Part shown: positions 1 to 9,609 of the stretch, in pieces
Position numbering within the stretch: the first letter of the stretch is position 1
How the letters are laid out: each line of letters begins with the position of its first letter
Assembly (NCBI GenBank): GCA_023379805.1
Contig: JAMCPI010000017.1
Span: forward strand, 83,977-147,976
From: Nitrososphaerota archaeon
Lineage (GTDB): Archaea > Thermoproteota > Nitrososphaeria > Nitrososphaerales > JACPRH01
Direction: 5' to 3'
Length of the DNA: 64,000 nt
Translations under genes and position numbers: made by a program
Notes under the pieces: model-generated
The model's database searches: none
What the model saw: only the letters and a program-made list of their open reading frames with translations
What the model was told of the DNA's origin: nothing

Positions 1-2
1 TA

Positions 3-185
3 AATTCAGAGGCTGCAGTTGCTCACAATAACGGCGTTGCCTCACAAACAATACTTCCAAAGATCTTCAAAGTCTCTAAGATAAGCAGGCTTGACGTTTA
101 CGGGAACCCTAACAAAGAGTTACAAAAGGCGCTAACAGGCTCTAATGCACAGATTTACAACTTATCCGCTGGATTCAGCCGGTGA
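3..185 (+). CDS. C-terminal fragment (60 codons) of a gene that starts upstream of the window; product unknown
   Basis: Frame 3 is open from the window edge to TGA at 183-185. It is absent from the ORF track because it has no start in the window. No recognisable motif. Confidence 0.3.
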   Translation, partial: NSEAAVAHNNGVASQTILPKIFKVSKISRLDVYGNPNKELQKALTGSNAQIYNLSAGFSR

Positions 186-283
186 GGTCCGGGCGCTAGC
201 TTCCAGAGCTGGCCACCTACGTGAATTGATTAAGGCTTAAAGGGGTTAGATTCGTACCTTTTACTGTGTGAGGTTGCCGGTTA

Positions 284-1069
284 ATGGTGAGTTGCGCAAA
301 GTGCGGGCTCGAAGAGCCTTTTCCCTTCGTCTGCTCGTACTGCGGCAAACCCTTCTGCGGGGATCATCGTCTTCCTGAGAATCATGACTGTGAAAAACTT
401 TGGATGGCGCGGCCACCAGCCACTGCTCCTCCACCGTCTTCACGTCAAGCGAGGCGAAACCCCTTCCAGCTATCCGGCTGGCTCACGGGGCGGCCTAACC
501 GGTACTGGTTTTCCCTCACCGAGCTTAAACATCTCGGGTTAGGTACTTTGCTGGTTGCGCTTGTTGCTCTCAACTTCTCAGGTTTCTTCACGTTGACTCG
601 TGTAACAATACTTCTAGCGCTGCTGTTCTCAGCCTCCTTCCTTCTACATGAGATGGCGCACAAGTTCGTGGCGCAGCGCGCTGGGTTGTGGTCTGAGTTC
701 CGACTCACCGTCTTCGGTGCTCTTCTCACAGCTGTAAGCATCATCTCTCCGTTGAAGCTGATTGCGCCGGGAGCAGTAATGATGTCGGGTCAAGCAGATA
801 CCTCTACAGTCGGCAAGGTCACGTTCGCAGGACCTTTGACTAACATCGTGCTGGGCTTCGGCTTCTGGATATCCTCGTTCATAGTCGCGGCTCCAGAAAT
901 TAGGTTTATTCTCTCATGGGGTGCTGAGGTCAACGCTATTTTGGCGGTCTTCAACATGATACCGTTCGGGGTTCTTGACGGCCAAAAGGTGATGGCTTGG
1001 AGTTTCAGAATGTGGGCTCTTGGAATCGGGTTCGCAGTTGTGCTGCTCCTGCTTAACCGATCTCTCTAA
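284..1069 (+). CDS. AN1-type zinc finger fused to an M50 (site-2 protease family) intramembrane metalloprotease
   Basis: The N-terminus CAKCG..x..CSYCGKPFCGDHRLPENHDC matches the AN1 Zn-finger pattern. HEMAH (HExxH) lies in a TM segment, followed by the NMIPFGVLDG (NxxPxxxLDG) M50 motif and multiple hydrophobic helices. Confidence 0.8.
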   Translation: MVSCAKCGLEEPFPFVCSYCGKPFCGDHRLPENHDCEKLWMARPPATAPPPSSRQARRNPFQLSGWLTGRPNRYWFSLTELKHLGLGTLLVALVALNFSGFFTLTRVTILLALLFSASFLLHEMAHKFVAQRAGLWSEFRLTVFGALLTAVSIISPLKLIAPGAVMMSGQADTSTVGKVTFAGPLTNIVLGFGFWISSFIVAAPEIRFILSWGAEVNAILAVFNMIPFGVLDGQKVMAWSFRMWALGIGFAVVLLLLNRSL

Positions 1070-1120
1070 CCGTGTCTTAAACGGTAATATTTGGCAACCG
1101 CCTTCTAAAGCATAATAATC

Positions 1121-1819
1121 ATGATCGAGATACGCAGGTCGGAGCAGCGAGCACATTTTGACTACGGCTGGTTGCTCACCTATCACACCTTCTCGTTCGG
1201 CGACTACTACGACGCTAGCAACCTAGGGTTCCGCTCGCTACGTGTAATAAACGAGGATCGGATTAAGCCGGGTCAAGGGTTTCCACTGCATTTTCACTCA
1301 AGCATGGAGATTTTCACCTACGTTCTAGAGGGCACCTTAACGCATCACGACACCTTAGGAAACGGATCGGTGATTCGAGCCGGCGACGTGCAGCGGATGA
1401 GCGCTGGAACAGGAGTTATGCACAGCGAATACAACAACTCCAAGACCGATCTTCTGCATCTCCTCCAAATCTGGATCCTGACCGCGGATCCAGCTGGACC
1501 ACCTAGCTACGAGCAAATGGTCTTTCCCGCCAAGGAAAAGCGCAACAAACTACGGCTCATCATCTCCAGAGACGGTCGAGAAGGCTCGGTCACTATTCAT
1601 CAAGACGTCAACATCTACACCTCCATCTTAAGCCCTGAGCAGAAGGTAGAGTACTCATCGGAAATCTACCGCTACGCTTGGGTACAGCTAATCCGCGGCT
1701 CAATACTCCTGAACTCAGAGCAGATGAATCAAGGCGACGGAGCCGCGGTCACTAAAGAGGAGTCACTTACCTTCGCAGCACGCGACGAATCTGAACTCCT
1801 ACTCCTCGACCTAGCTTAG
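1121..1819 (+). CDS. Pirin family protein (cupin)
   Basis: Pirin N-terminal signature: RAHFDYGWLLTYHTFSFGDYYD, LRVINEDRIKPGQGFPLHFHSSMEIFTYVLEG..HHD..GN. Confidence 0.85.
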   Translation: MIEIRRSEQRAHFDYGWLLTYHTFSFGDYYDASNLGFRSLRVINEDRIKPGQGFPLHFHSSMEIFTYVLEGTLTHHDTLGNGSVIRAGDVQRMSAGTGVMHSEYNNSKTDLLHLLQIWILTADPAGPPSYEQMVFPAKEKRNKLRLIISRDGREGSVTIHQDVNIYTSILSPEQKVEYSSEIYRYAWVQLIRGSILLNSEQMNQGDGAAVTKEESLTFAARDESELLLLDLA

Positions 1820-2012
1820 ACGAAGCGGATTCACGGTCGAATCGGTGGTGTTGCTTGAACTGCCGTTGCTCCTTTAGTTATTCGAAACGGTGACATGCAG
1901 TAAAAGGCTTGAGGCGTTTGAGATCAGGTAATTAATCATCCGCGGTTGCATAACGACTTTAAATATCTATGCGGCGGTCATAGGCGCAGCTGATTGGTTG
2001 GTGCATAGTTAG

Positions 2013-3515
2013 TTGGAGATTATTGTTGATACCGGTCTGATACTTGAGAAGAAGTACGATCTCGTGGTTCTCGGGCTCTTTGAAGGCGAGAAGATAGAGG
2101 GTGCCGCGGTTGAAATTGACGACGCGTTGAACGGGGGCATCTTCCGTTTACTGAAGAACAAGGAGTTTGAAGGCAAGCTCAAGCAGATCGCGCTCCTACA
2201 CTCCCATAAAAAAATCGGTATCGAAAGGATTCTGTTAATTGGTCTCGGTAAACGTGAACAGTTCAGTCAAGAGATTGTGCGAGTCGCATCCGGAAGAGCC
2301 GCGCAGCAAGTTCGAGACCTCGGGCTGAAGAGCTACGCCACCACAATTTACGGTCACACCGAGAGGCTTACCCTTAGCCAGATTGTTGAGAGCCTCGTAG
2401 AGGGCGCTGAACTATCCCTCTACCGATACGATCGCTACAAGACTGACAGTGAAACTCCTGCTAAGAAGATCGAGCGTCTAGACATCTTCACAGGCGTACC
2501 CGAGGTCGTGGAAGAAATCCAGCAAGCGGTCAACACTGCTCAGACGATCAACCGAGGCGTCGCAGTGGCACGAGATATCGCCAACTCCCCCAGCAGCGAC
2601 GCTACACCTCAGCAGATAGCTGAGCAGGCTAAGCAGATCGCGGAAAGCTACAGCATCAAAATCACAATTCTGAAGCCTGAGGATATGGCGAAGCTAGGCA
2701 TGGGCGGAATCCTCGGCGTCGCACGGGGAAGCCAGCAGCCCCCGCGACTCATCATCATGGAGTATCACGGTGGCCGCAGCAAAGATCAGCCTATCGCGAT
2801 AATCGGAAAGGGAATTACCTTCGACACCGGCGGAATCTCAATCAAACCCTCTGACAAAATGGAGGATATGAAGTTCGACAAATCCGGCGCCGCTGCTACC
2901 ATCGGAGTATTGCAGGTCGCTGCTGAGCTTAAGCTCCCAGTCAACCTAGTGGGAATCACTCCGTTAACTGAGAACATGCCGAGCGGAACCGCTTACAAGC
3001 CGGGTGACGTTCTGAAGTTCGCTAACGGAAAGACTGCGGAAGTTATCTCCACCGACGCTGAGGGACGGCTGATAATGGCTGACGCGCTCAGCTACACCTC
3101 GAAGTTCAAACCTCAAGCCGCGATCGATTTGGCTACGTTAACAGGCGCCTGCGTCATAGCTTTAGGCGGCGTCGCATCAGGACTTCTTGGCAACGACGAA
3201 GGATTGAAGCGCCGAGTTAAAGTGGCAGGCGAAGCTACAGGGGAACGGGTCTGGGAGCTGCCTCTCTGGGACGAGTACAAGGAGCAGATCAGAAGCGAAG
3301 TAGCGGATATGAAGAACGTCGGAGGCCGACCGGGAGGAACCATCACCGCCGCATCATTTCTCAGCAACTTCGTAGACTACCCGTGGGTACACTTGGACAT
3401 AGCGGGTACAGCGTGGACTCAAGATGGCACCCCTGATAAACCGTATCACCCGAAAGGCGCAACCGGCGTAGGTGTACGGCTGATCACCGAGGTTCTGCGG
3501 CGCTGGAACAAGTAG
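2013..3515 (+). CDS. pepA: Leucyl aminopeptidase, peptidase family M17
   Basis: GKGITFDTGGISIKP, MKFDKSGAAA and STDAEGRLIMADAL are M17 metal-binding/active-site motifs. The start is TTG according to the ORF track. Confidence 0.9.
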   Translation: MEIIVDTGLILEKKYDLVVLGLFEGEKIEGAAVEIDDALNGGIFRLLKNKEFEGKLKQIALLHSHKKIGIERILLIGLGKREQFSQEIVRVASGRAAQQVRDLGLKSYATTIYGHTERLTLSQIVESLVEGAELSLYRYDRYKTDSETPAKKIERLDIFTGVPEVVEEIQQAVNTAQTINRGVAVARDIANSPSSDATPQQIAEQAKQIAESYSIKITILKPEDMAKLGMGGILGVARGSQQPPRLIIMEYHGGRSKDQPIAIIGKGITFDTGGISIKPSDKMEDMKFDKSGAAATIGVLQVAAELKLPVNLVGITPLTENMPSGTAYKPGDVLKFANGKTAEVISTDAEGRLIMADALSYTSKFKPQAAIDLATLTGACVIALGGVASGLLGNDEGLKRRVKVAGEATGERVWELPLWDEYKEQIRSEVADMKNVGGRPGGTITAASFLSNFVDYPWVHLDIAGTAWTQDGTPDKPYHPKGATGVGVRLITEVLRRWNK

Positions 3516-3526
3516 CGTGGACTCGC

Positions 3527-4231
3527 CTACTCGGTAGTCTTCGGAGCAACCACTACTACTCGCCGATCGGTGCGGAAGTTTCTCTGAAGATCAAGTGATT
3601 TTTCGAAATCAGCTTTAGGGACGGTCGTAGGCCCGATGTCAGGATCGTTAATCTTGATGCTGTTGGAGTCGAAGCCTGTCACGACCACCCAGTGCAGAAC
3701 ACCGTCCTTCCAATTGTCATCCGGCGCGTACCCTATCTGATCAACCATGACGATTGGCGGTCTCCCCATGCGGATCAGCTCTTCTATTGTGCCGATGTCA
3801 ATCTTGATGCATCGCTCCTCTACTCCTAGCTTCAACGCCTTCTTACGTATCCGGTTGTAGTTGAACCGCAGTAAAGGAATCGTGATCCCGTTAAAGAACC
3901 ATCCCAAGGGACCGTATTCGAAACTGAGATTGAACCTCTGCTCCTCCTTCAGGACAATGGCGTTTAATCCCCTTTTTACTGCGTAACCAGCTAAACCGTG
4001 AGCATCAGTCATACCAAACGGGAAGAGGCTCGCGTAGCTCCATGCACGTATCTCAAGGAGGCGGCTGAGCTTCAAGTCGGGCTGATGATACTTCAGAACC
4101 ATCAGCAAGGAGGCGGGGCCGCAGCTACCTATAACCACCTGTTTGAAGTAGGGAACATTCAGCTCGACCAATCTACCGCCTGGGGTGGCGGGTAACGGGT
4201 TTAAGGTATAGGTGTTTTGATTGCGATACAT
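3527..4231 (-). CDS. C39-like (papain-fold) cysteine peptidase domain protein
   Basis: SCGPASLLMVLKY (Cys nucleophile context), HWVVVTGFD (His) and INDPD. I moved the start to the ATG at 4231 (MYRNQ..) because the longer track ORF overlaps the divergent CDF gene. Confidence 0.55.
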   Translation of the reverse strand: MYRNQNTYTLNPLPATPGGRLVELNVPYFKQVVIGSCGPASLLMVLKYHQPDLKLSRLLEIRAWSYASLFPFGMTDAHGLAGYAVKRGLNAIVLKEEQRFNLSFEYGPLGWFFNGITIPLLRFNYNRIRKKALKLGVEERCIKIDIGTIEELIRMGRPPIVMVDQIGYAPDDNWKDGVLHWVVVTGFDSNSIKINDPDIGPTTVPKADFEKSLDLQRNFRTDRRVVVVAPKTTE

Positions 4232-4294
4232 TTGTGCTGTGTCTGTAAACACATATACTACTTCCAATCCGCAAGGGGCGCTGAGGTTCTCTAG

Positions 4295-5251
4295 TTGGCT
4301 GGAGATTCTAAGAAAGCAGTTTACGCTGCTTTGTTTGGTAATCTTGGGATTGCAGTGACCAAGTTCGTGGCTGCTTTCATGACGGGAAGCGCCTCGATGT
4401 GGGCTGAAGCATATCACTCAGTTTCGGACACCTTTAACCAGATTCTTCTCTTGGTCGGTATAAGGAGCAGCGGCAAAGAGGCGAGCGACCGTCATCAGTT
4501 CGGTTATGGGAAGGAGGTGTTTTTCTGGTCGTTCATCGTCGCTGTTATGCTGTTCGGTGTATCAGGTATCCTGTCTGTGGAGCAGGGCTTCTCATCGCTT
4601 TTTGCTGCGCATACTATTGGAAACGTTAACATAAGCTATGTGGTTCTGGCTATTTCTTTCGTGTTTGAAGCGAACGCGTTAAGGGCTGCGCATAAGCTGT
4701 TCAAGGAGACGATTGAAGAGCGTGGAGAGAAGGTGAGTTTCCGTGCGCTCATAAATGAGTTTCGTGAAAGTAATGATCCTACGATTCTCACATGCATGGT
4801 AGAGGATTCAGCTGCGCTGCTCGGTATCATTGTAGCGGCCTCTGGAATCTTTCTGTCAGAGATTACTGGAAACAGCATATTCGATGCAATCAGCTCGCTC
4901 GTTATCGGTTTCATCCTGATGGGCTTCGCGTTATTCTTAGCGAGAGAAAATAAGGGGTTGCTTGTAGGCGAATCCCTGAAGAAAGCCGAGTACGAGAAGA
5001 TCACTAAGTTAATCAAGGCTATTCCTGAGGTGAAAAGTCTTGCTGCGATGCGAACCATGCATATAGGTTCACAAGACGTCATCGTCGGCATAGAAATAAA
5101 CCTGATTGACCACCTCGATACCGACAAGATAGAGTTAGTAGTAGACAACGTGGAACAGCGGGTAAAGCAGGTTATCCCATACGCTAAGGATAATCATATC
5201 TTTGTCGAAATCCAGCAAGATGGCAACAATAAACAGGTTGCCAACAAGTAA
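4295..5251 (+). CDS. Cation diffusion facilitator (CDF) family metal efflux transporter
   Basis: N-terminal AALFGNLGIAVTKFVAAFMTGSASMWAEAYHSVSDTFNQ, six TM segments and a C-terminal cytoplasmic domain. TTG start. Confidence 0.85.
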   Translation: MAGDSKKAVYAALFGNLGIAVTKFVAAFMTGSASMWAEAYHSVSDTFNQILLLVGIRSSGKEASDRHQFGYGKEVFFWSFIVAVMLFGVSGILSVEQGFSSLFAAHTIGNVNISYVVLAISFVFEANALRAAHKLFKETIEERGEKVSFRALINEFRESNDPTILTCMVEDSAALLGIIVAASGIFLSEITGNSIFDAISSLVIGFILMGFALFLARENKGLLVGESLKKAEYEKITKLIKAIPEVKSLAAMRTMHIGSQDVIVGIEINLIDHLDTDKIELVVDNVEQRVKQVIPYAKDNHIFVEIQQDGNNKQVANK

Positions 5252-5395
5252 TCAAGATACTGTGCAGCCTGCAAAACGGTGCTAAACCCTTGTCGGCTAA
5301 CTAATTTACGGAAGATATTCTCTTGAGTTTGTAGTTAACGGCTCAACGGCAAAAACACTTTTATACATCGCTAGCGATAATATCGCTGGTGATAT

Positions 5396-5941
5396 ATGGG
5401 AATGAGTGACGATTGGTTCGAACGAGTCCGCAGCTCGATCCCGCGAGGCTTCTCCAGGATCTATATTCTTCAGCTCCTCAAAGAAAAACCAATGACGGGT
5501 GGCGAAATCATCCGCACAGCTAAAGAGCAGAGCGGCGGCAAATGGGTGCCTTCCCCAGGCTTAGTGTACCCGCTTCTGGGTCGTCTCCTCTCACACGGCA
5601 TGATCACGGAAACAACAGACGGACGATACACCATCACAGCGAAGGGTGAGCGTGAACTGGAGAATCTTGAGCAGGTAAAAAAGGGGATGTCAGATCAATA
5701 CGACACATTCATGAGCCTCGGCGCCGCAGGCAAATTCCTTCTACAAGACGCTGTTGACCGAGTCAGCGCCTTCACCACAATGGTTCTAGAAGACGTTGAC
5801 CGACTAGGCGAAAAGCAACGCGTCCGCTACAAAACCTTTCTAAGAAACGAGCTCCGCAGACTACAAGAAGCCGAAGAGACCGAGAGAAAAACACGGAAGC
5901 AGACTGAGACAGCTGCAGAAGACAAAGCGGCGACATCTTAG
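5396..5941 (+). CDS. PadR family transcriptional regulator
   Basis: Winged-helix ILQLLKEKPMTGGEIIRTAKEQSGGKWVPSPGLVYPLLGRLLSHGMI..YTITAKGEREL. Confidence 0.8.
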   Translation: MGMSDDWFERVRSSIPRGFSRIYILQLLKEKPMTGGEIIRTAKEQSGGKWVPSPGLVYPLLGRLLSHGMITETTDGRYTITAKGERELENLEQVKKGMSDQYDTFMSLGAAGKFLLQDAVDRVSAFTTMVLEDVDRLGEKQRVRYKTFLRNELRRLQEAEETERKTRKQTETAAEDKAATS

Positions 5942-5947
5942 CTTAGA

Positions 5948-6250
5948 TTAGCCGCTGTGGGCGGCAAGCACCGCCCTCACCTGCTCTGGAGTAGACCCGG
6001 TGATTAACACTCGTTTAACTCGGCTTTTGCCTCCGCTGATGAGAGCCACCTCTGATCCGAAGATCTTGGTGAGCTGCTTAATGATCTCAAGGTTCGCCTT
6101 CCCTCCTTCCGGAGGAGATCGGCAGAACACTGTAATTTCGTCTCCCGAAACCTCGATGTGAAATGAGCCTGAACCGGGCTTAACGTACAGGTCGACAATT
6201 GCGCCGCGTCCTCCGGCTTCTCTACCCATATCTTCACCTTTCAACATCAA
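5948..6250 (-). CDS. DUF167 (YggU/UPF0235) family protein
   Basis: LYVKPGSGSF...EGGKANLEIIKQLTKIFGSEVALISGGKSRVKRVLI is the typical DUF167 pattern. Confidence 0.75.
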   Translation of the reverse strand: MMLKGEDMGREAGGRGAIVDLYVKPGSGSFHIEVSGDEITVFCRSPPEGGKANLEIIKQLTKIFGSEVALISGGKSRVKRVLITGSTPEQVRAVLAAHSG

Positions 6251-6414
6251 CCCGATAAGAGCTTCGTCTTTCTCTGCCGCTTATGTCCATAAACAGGTAA
6301 AATGAAGTAGGAAAGCTTAAAAGAGAAGGTAAATGCCCTACGTATAGGTTAAACGATCTTCGTAAAGGTGCGATAACATTTCAGGGTTTGAATAAGACGA
6401 GGTTGATGTGATTT

Positions 6415-6615
6415 TTGAAATGCGAAATCTGTGGCGCAAGCCGCGCTATGAAGTGCAGTAAATGCGGTATGATGGTGTGCCGCCACCACTACTCCCAGAC
6501 CTTTGACGAGACAACAAGAAAGCTAACTCTACTCTGCCATAACTGTAGCCGTGATGAAATGAGTTTCACCTACTCTCCACGCCGCCGCTGGCGTCGACGT
6601 CGATCATACTACTAG
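6415..6615 (+). CDS. Small zinc-ribbon protein with an Arg-rich tail
   Basis: Cys pairs CEIC, CSKCG..C and CHNC, with C-terminal RRRWRRRR. TTG start, so the call is uncertain. Confidence 0.4.
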   Translation: MKCEICGASRAMKCSKCGMMVCRHHYSQTFDETTRKLTLLCHNCSRDEMSFTYSPRRRWRRRRSYY

Positions 6616-6741
6616 CATCACTTTCTGATTTATCATCCATTAATTCGTTAGATTGCTCGTTGCTTGCCTTGTTGTTGTAGTGCTGCGGAGCTAATCCTAA
6701 AGTACAAGCTCTTTCAGAGCTTATGCTAGGTCGCGAAAGTT

Positions 6742-7521
6742 ATGGGTGAGGATATCCCTGAAAGAGGCGAGCTTGTTCTAGTCACTGTGAAGCAGATTAG
6801 CTCGCACGGTGTCTACGTCTCTTTAGATGAGTATGATGGGATGAGGGGTTTCCTGCACCGCTCAGAGGTTGCTACTGGCCGTGTCAGGCATATTGAGCGT
6901 TTCATCCGAATGGGTCAGAAGGAGGTTCTCAAGGTTGTTAGGGTTAACAAGGCGAGAGCCGAGGTTGATTTGTCGCTTAAACAGGTCTCTAAGCAGGAGA
7001 AGAAGGATAAGCTCATCGAGGTTAAGCAGAACGATAAAGCGAAAAACATTCTTGACGCCGTGAAAGGTAAGCTCAGCCTAAACGCTGAGACGAGCCGCAA
7101 GTACGAGTCAACCTTGGAGGACAAGTTCGACACCGCCTACTTGGCTCTTGAAGCAGTGGCTCGAGAAGGCGGCCAGGTTCTAGAGGATACCGGTCTTCCC
7201 GAGAGCTATGTTCACACACTTGAAGAGGTGGCGAAGGAGAAGATTACTCTACCTCGAGTCGAGATATCCGGCGTCCTTGAAATAACTTCGCATTTACCTA
7301 ACGGGATTGACGTCATAAAAGGGGCGCTTGCCTCCGCTGAGCAGATAGAGGCGCCTAGAGCACAGGTGATGATAAGATACATCAGCGCACCAAAGTACCG
7401 GGTCGCAGTTGAAGCTGACGACTACAAGACTGCTGAGAAAATATTGAAGACAGCTGTAGAAATCGTTCAAGATAAGATGCAGAAGAAAGGGACTGTGAAC
7501 TTCATCAGAAAGAAGAGCTAG
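6742..7521 (+). CDS. eif2a: Translation initiation factor aIF2 alpha subunit
   Basis: N-terminal S1 domain GELVLVTVKQISSHGVYVSLDEYDGMRGFLHRSEVATGRVRHI...VVRVNKARAEVDLSLKQV. Length and C-terminal domain are typical. Confidence 0.9.
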   Translation: MGEDIPERGELVLVTVKQISSHGVYVSLDEYDGMRGFLHRSEVATGRVRHIERFIRMGQKEVLKVVRVNKARAEVDLSLKQVSKQEKKDKLIEVKQNDKAKNILDAVKGKLSLNAETSRKYESTLEDKFDTAYLALEAVAREGGQVLEDTGLPESYVHTLEEVAKEKITLPRVEISGVLEITSHLPNGIDVIKGALASAEQIEAPRAQVMIRYISAPKYRVAVEADDYKTAEKILKTAVEIVQDKMQKKGTVNFIRKKS

Positions 7522-7533
7522 CTGGCTAGTTAG

Positions 7534-7959
7534 CTAAATTGAAGTGTCGCCGGTGCTAGCTGCAGATGTAGTTGCAGCGGCTTTAATCTGCTGTTTTTCC
7601 TTCTGCGCACTTCTGTCGTATTCGGAGATCTTGTTAAGTATCTCTATATATCTTAGCAGGAGCTCAGCGAGTCGAACCTGCTTCTCGGGATCTGTTTCAC
7701 TCTCCAGCAGCTTAGCGGTCTCCTCAATCTTGGATGAAGCTAGGTTCCTGAGGCGTGCAGAAATGTCTGTGGGGGCTGGCGCTATCCGCGTCTTCTCGAT
7801 TAGGCTTAAGTCGTCACAGTTAGCGCAGATGGTTCTTCCCTGATACTGCACTAGGACGCCGCCGCATTTAGGGCAAGGTTCTCCGAGGAGTTTTCCTCCT
7901 TTCCTGACTAGGTCGCTAACGCTTCTGAGCTTTTGTCTATCAATATCCGCCAAGGACAC
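7534..7959 (-). CDS. UPF0148 / autoantigen-p27-like zinc-ribbon protein
   Basis: GGKLLGEPCPKCGGVLVQYQGRTICANCD followed by a coiled-coil tail. Confidence 0.65.
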   Translation of the reverse strand: MSLADIDRQKLRSVSDLVRKGGKLLGEPCPKCGGVLVQYQGRTICANCDDLSLIEKTRIAPAPTDISARLRNLASSKIEETAKLLESETDPEKQVRLAELLLRYIEILNKISEYDRSAQKEKQQIKAAATTSAASTGDTSI

Positions 7960-8122
7960 TCGGCTCTAACGATGTGGCTCCTGAATTTAAGGTATCTGTG
8001 CGTGCGCGCGACGAGTTGAAAAGTCGTTGAAACGATTCCGATCCTGCTACTGCTATCAAATGGATTTGTGATAAGTAACTTTTATACGGGTAGGGGTGCG
8101 ACTATGGATTCGTCGCGAGTTG

Positions 8123-8416
8123 ATGACTTTGAGCGGTAAAGCGCAGAAAAATAAGGATAATGAGGAGAAAATTGTCCGTGCAGTCGCTGTTCTTCAATCC
8201 GTCGCGGACAGCAACATCACTCCTCGAAACATACGTAAGATTGTTAAGGATGCGGTGATGATGCTTCAGAACCAGTCGCTTACCCCTGGTGTGCGGGCTG
8301 CCAACGCGATCAGCCTTTTAGATGAGGTTTCTCAGGATCCGAATATGCCTAGTTTTGCCCGTGTAACGATTTGGAACGCCGTCTCTACACTTGAGAGTGT
8401 TAGGGAAACTGTATGA
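8123..8416 (+). CDS. UPF0147 family protein
   Basis: VLQSVADSNITPRNIRKIVKDAV..LQN..LTPGVRAANAISLLDEVSQDPNMP...RVTIWNAVSTLE. I moved the start to the ATG at 8123. The stop overlaps the next gene's start (ATGA). Confidence 0.7.
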   Translation: MTLSGKAQKNKDNEEKIVRAVAVLQSVADSNITPRNIRKIVKDAVMMLQNQSLTPGVRAANAISLLDEVSQDPNMPSFARVTIWNAVSTLESVRETV

Positions 8417-8943
8417 GAGGTGCCTCCGACCGGAGCGCTCAAGGTAACGGCGCCGAGTCGGAAACACCTGTGACAAGCGGTGAAGGGAACCGCTCTAACT
8501 GCTGGATACTAGCTGTAGTGGATCATCGTCTAACTCAAGATCGTAAAGTTTCAGCGATAGATGTTTTGAAGGAGCGTTTGAAGCAGAACATCTGGCTTGT
8601 CAACTCCAAAAATGTTAATGTGAGGCATCTTAGTGAAGGCGATGAGGTTGTCTTTTACCTCGGCAACCGCGCAGGTGAGAAGGGTTTCGTCGGCGTCGGG
8701 ATCTTGGCTTCAGAGCCACGTCCATTAACCGCCTCGGAGACCAGTAAGTACGGTTCACCTTCGTCACAGTTCGACAAGGCTGTTAGCTTAAGGGACACTA
8801 AGATATGGCTGCAGGTGAAGCCTGCGGCTGCACTTATCCCTCGACTGAGTTTCATCAAGAATAAGCAGAGATGGGGCGTCTATTTCGAAGGCGGAATCAT
8901 CAATCTCCCGAAGCCGGACTTCGAGCTAATAATCAGCGCCTAA
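8413..8943 (+). CDS. EVE/PUA-like domain protein (tentative)
   Basis: CWILAV...NIWLVNSKN..VRHLSEGDEVVFYLG...KGFVGVGIL fits the EVE-domain pattern. Appears translationally coupled to UPF0147. Confidence 0.45.
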   Translation: MRGASDRSAQGNGAESETPVTSGEGNRSNCWILAVVDHRLTQDRKVSAIDVLKERLKQNIWLVNSKNVNVRHLSEGDEVVFYLGNRAGEKGFVGVGILASEPRPLTASETSKYGSPSSQFDKAVSLRDTKIWLQVKPAAALIPRLSFIKNKQRWGVYFEGGIINLPKPDFELIISA

Positions 8944-9032
8944 CACAACTCCGTCTACAATAGCCAAGTCTACTCTAATCGCACTGTAGGTTTAGTCTAG
9001 TCTAGTTCGGTTTGGTTTGTTTAGTTGATTAG

Positions 9033-9410
9033 TTAGTCGTATTGTATGTTTTCGCCTAGCATTTCTCTGATTGCGGCTACTTTTTCGAGGCCGAATGTTG
9101 GTTCTGCGGTGATGAATATTAGCTGCTTCTTTCCTTGGAAGACCATTAGAATCACGTTTTCTCGTCTGACGATTGTGTAGATGGTTTTGCCGAAGTATCT
9201 ATCCCAGGTTTCACGTGTGCTGCTCTCGCTGACTATGTGCGCCATTAGTCTGAGTTCCTCCTCCTTCGGCTCGAGCGATTTAACGCCCTTCCTCATTCCA
9301 CCGGATACTACTCGTCCGTTTCTATCAAGCACAGCTGCGTACCTTAGTTCACGGCTAAATTTGAAAAGCTTAGTTCGAAGATCATCGAACGATTCTCCTC
9401 TTTTCATCAT
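9033..9410 (-). CDS. Hypothetical protein (possibly a Roadblock/LC7-like fold)
   Basis: ORF with coding-like composition, divergent from grpE. No diagnostic motif. Confidence 0.4.
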   Translation of the reverse strand: MMKRGESFDDLRTKLFKFSRELRYAAVLDRNGRVVSGGMRKGVKSLEPKEEELRLMAHIVSESSTRETWDRYFGKTIYTIVRRENVILMVFQGKKQLIFITAEPTFGLEKVAAIREMLGENIQYD

Positions 9411-9531
9411 AACGATAACTCGACTTCCTTCCTTTTCATATGGTAACAGTTGCTTCGCTATTAATACTTTAAGCGGCTCTTGAAGAAATCTTTATAGGAT
9501 GAAAAATGCTGATTGCTGTACTGTCGGAGTA

Positions 9532-9550
9532 AGAGATCGTCGGGATCTCT
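9532..9550 (+). promoter_or_regulatory. 7-bp inverted repeat AGAGATC-N5-GATCTCT upstream of grpE; candidate operator
   Basis: Perfect palindrome about 60 nt upstream of the grpE ATG, immediately 5' of an AT-rich TATA-like stretch (atattgatattaa). Confidence 0.3.
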
Positions 9551-9609
9551 CAAGATATTGATATTAAGCGTTCATATTGAAGATAGATAGGTAAAGGGGA
9601 GGAGGCTGG

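Noticed and set aside
3527-4417. The full 296-codon version of the C39-like ORF.
   Set aside because: The first 62 codons overlap the divergent CDF transporter gene and look non-native. The internal ATG at 4231 gives a non-overlapping gene.
6004-6237. An alternative-frame 77-codon ORF overlapping the DUF167 gene on the same strand.
   Set aside because: The DUF167 frame shows the family motif, whereas the alternative frame gives an Arg/Ser-rich product with no features.
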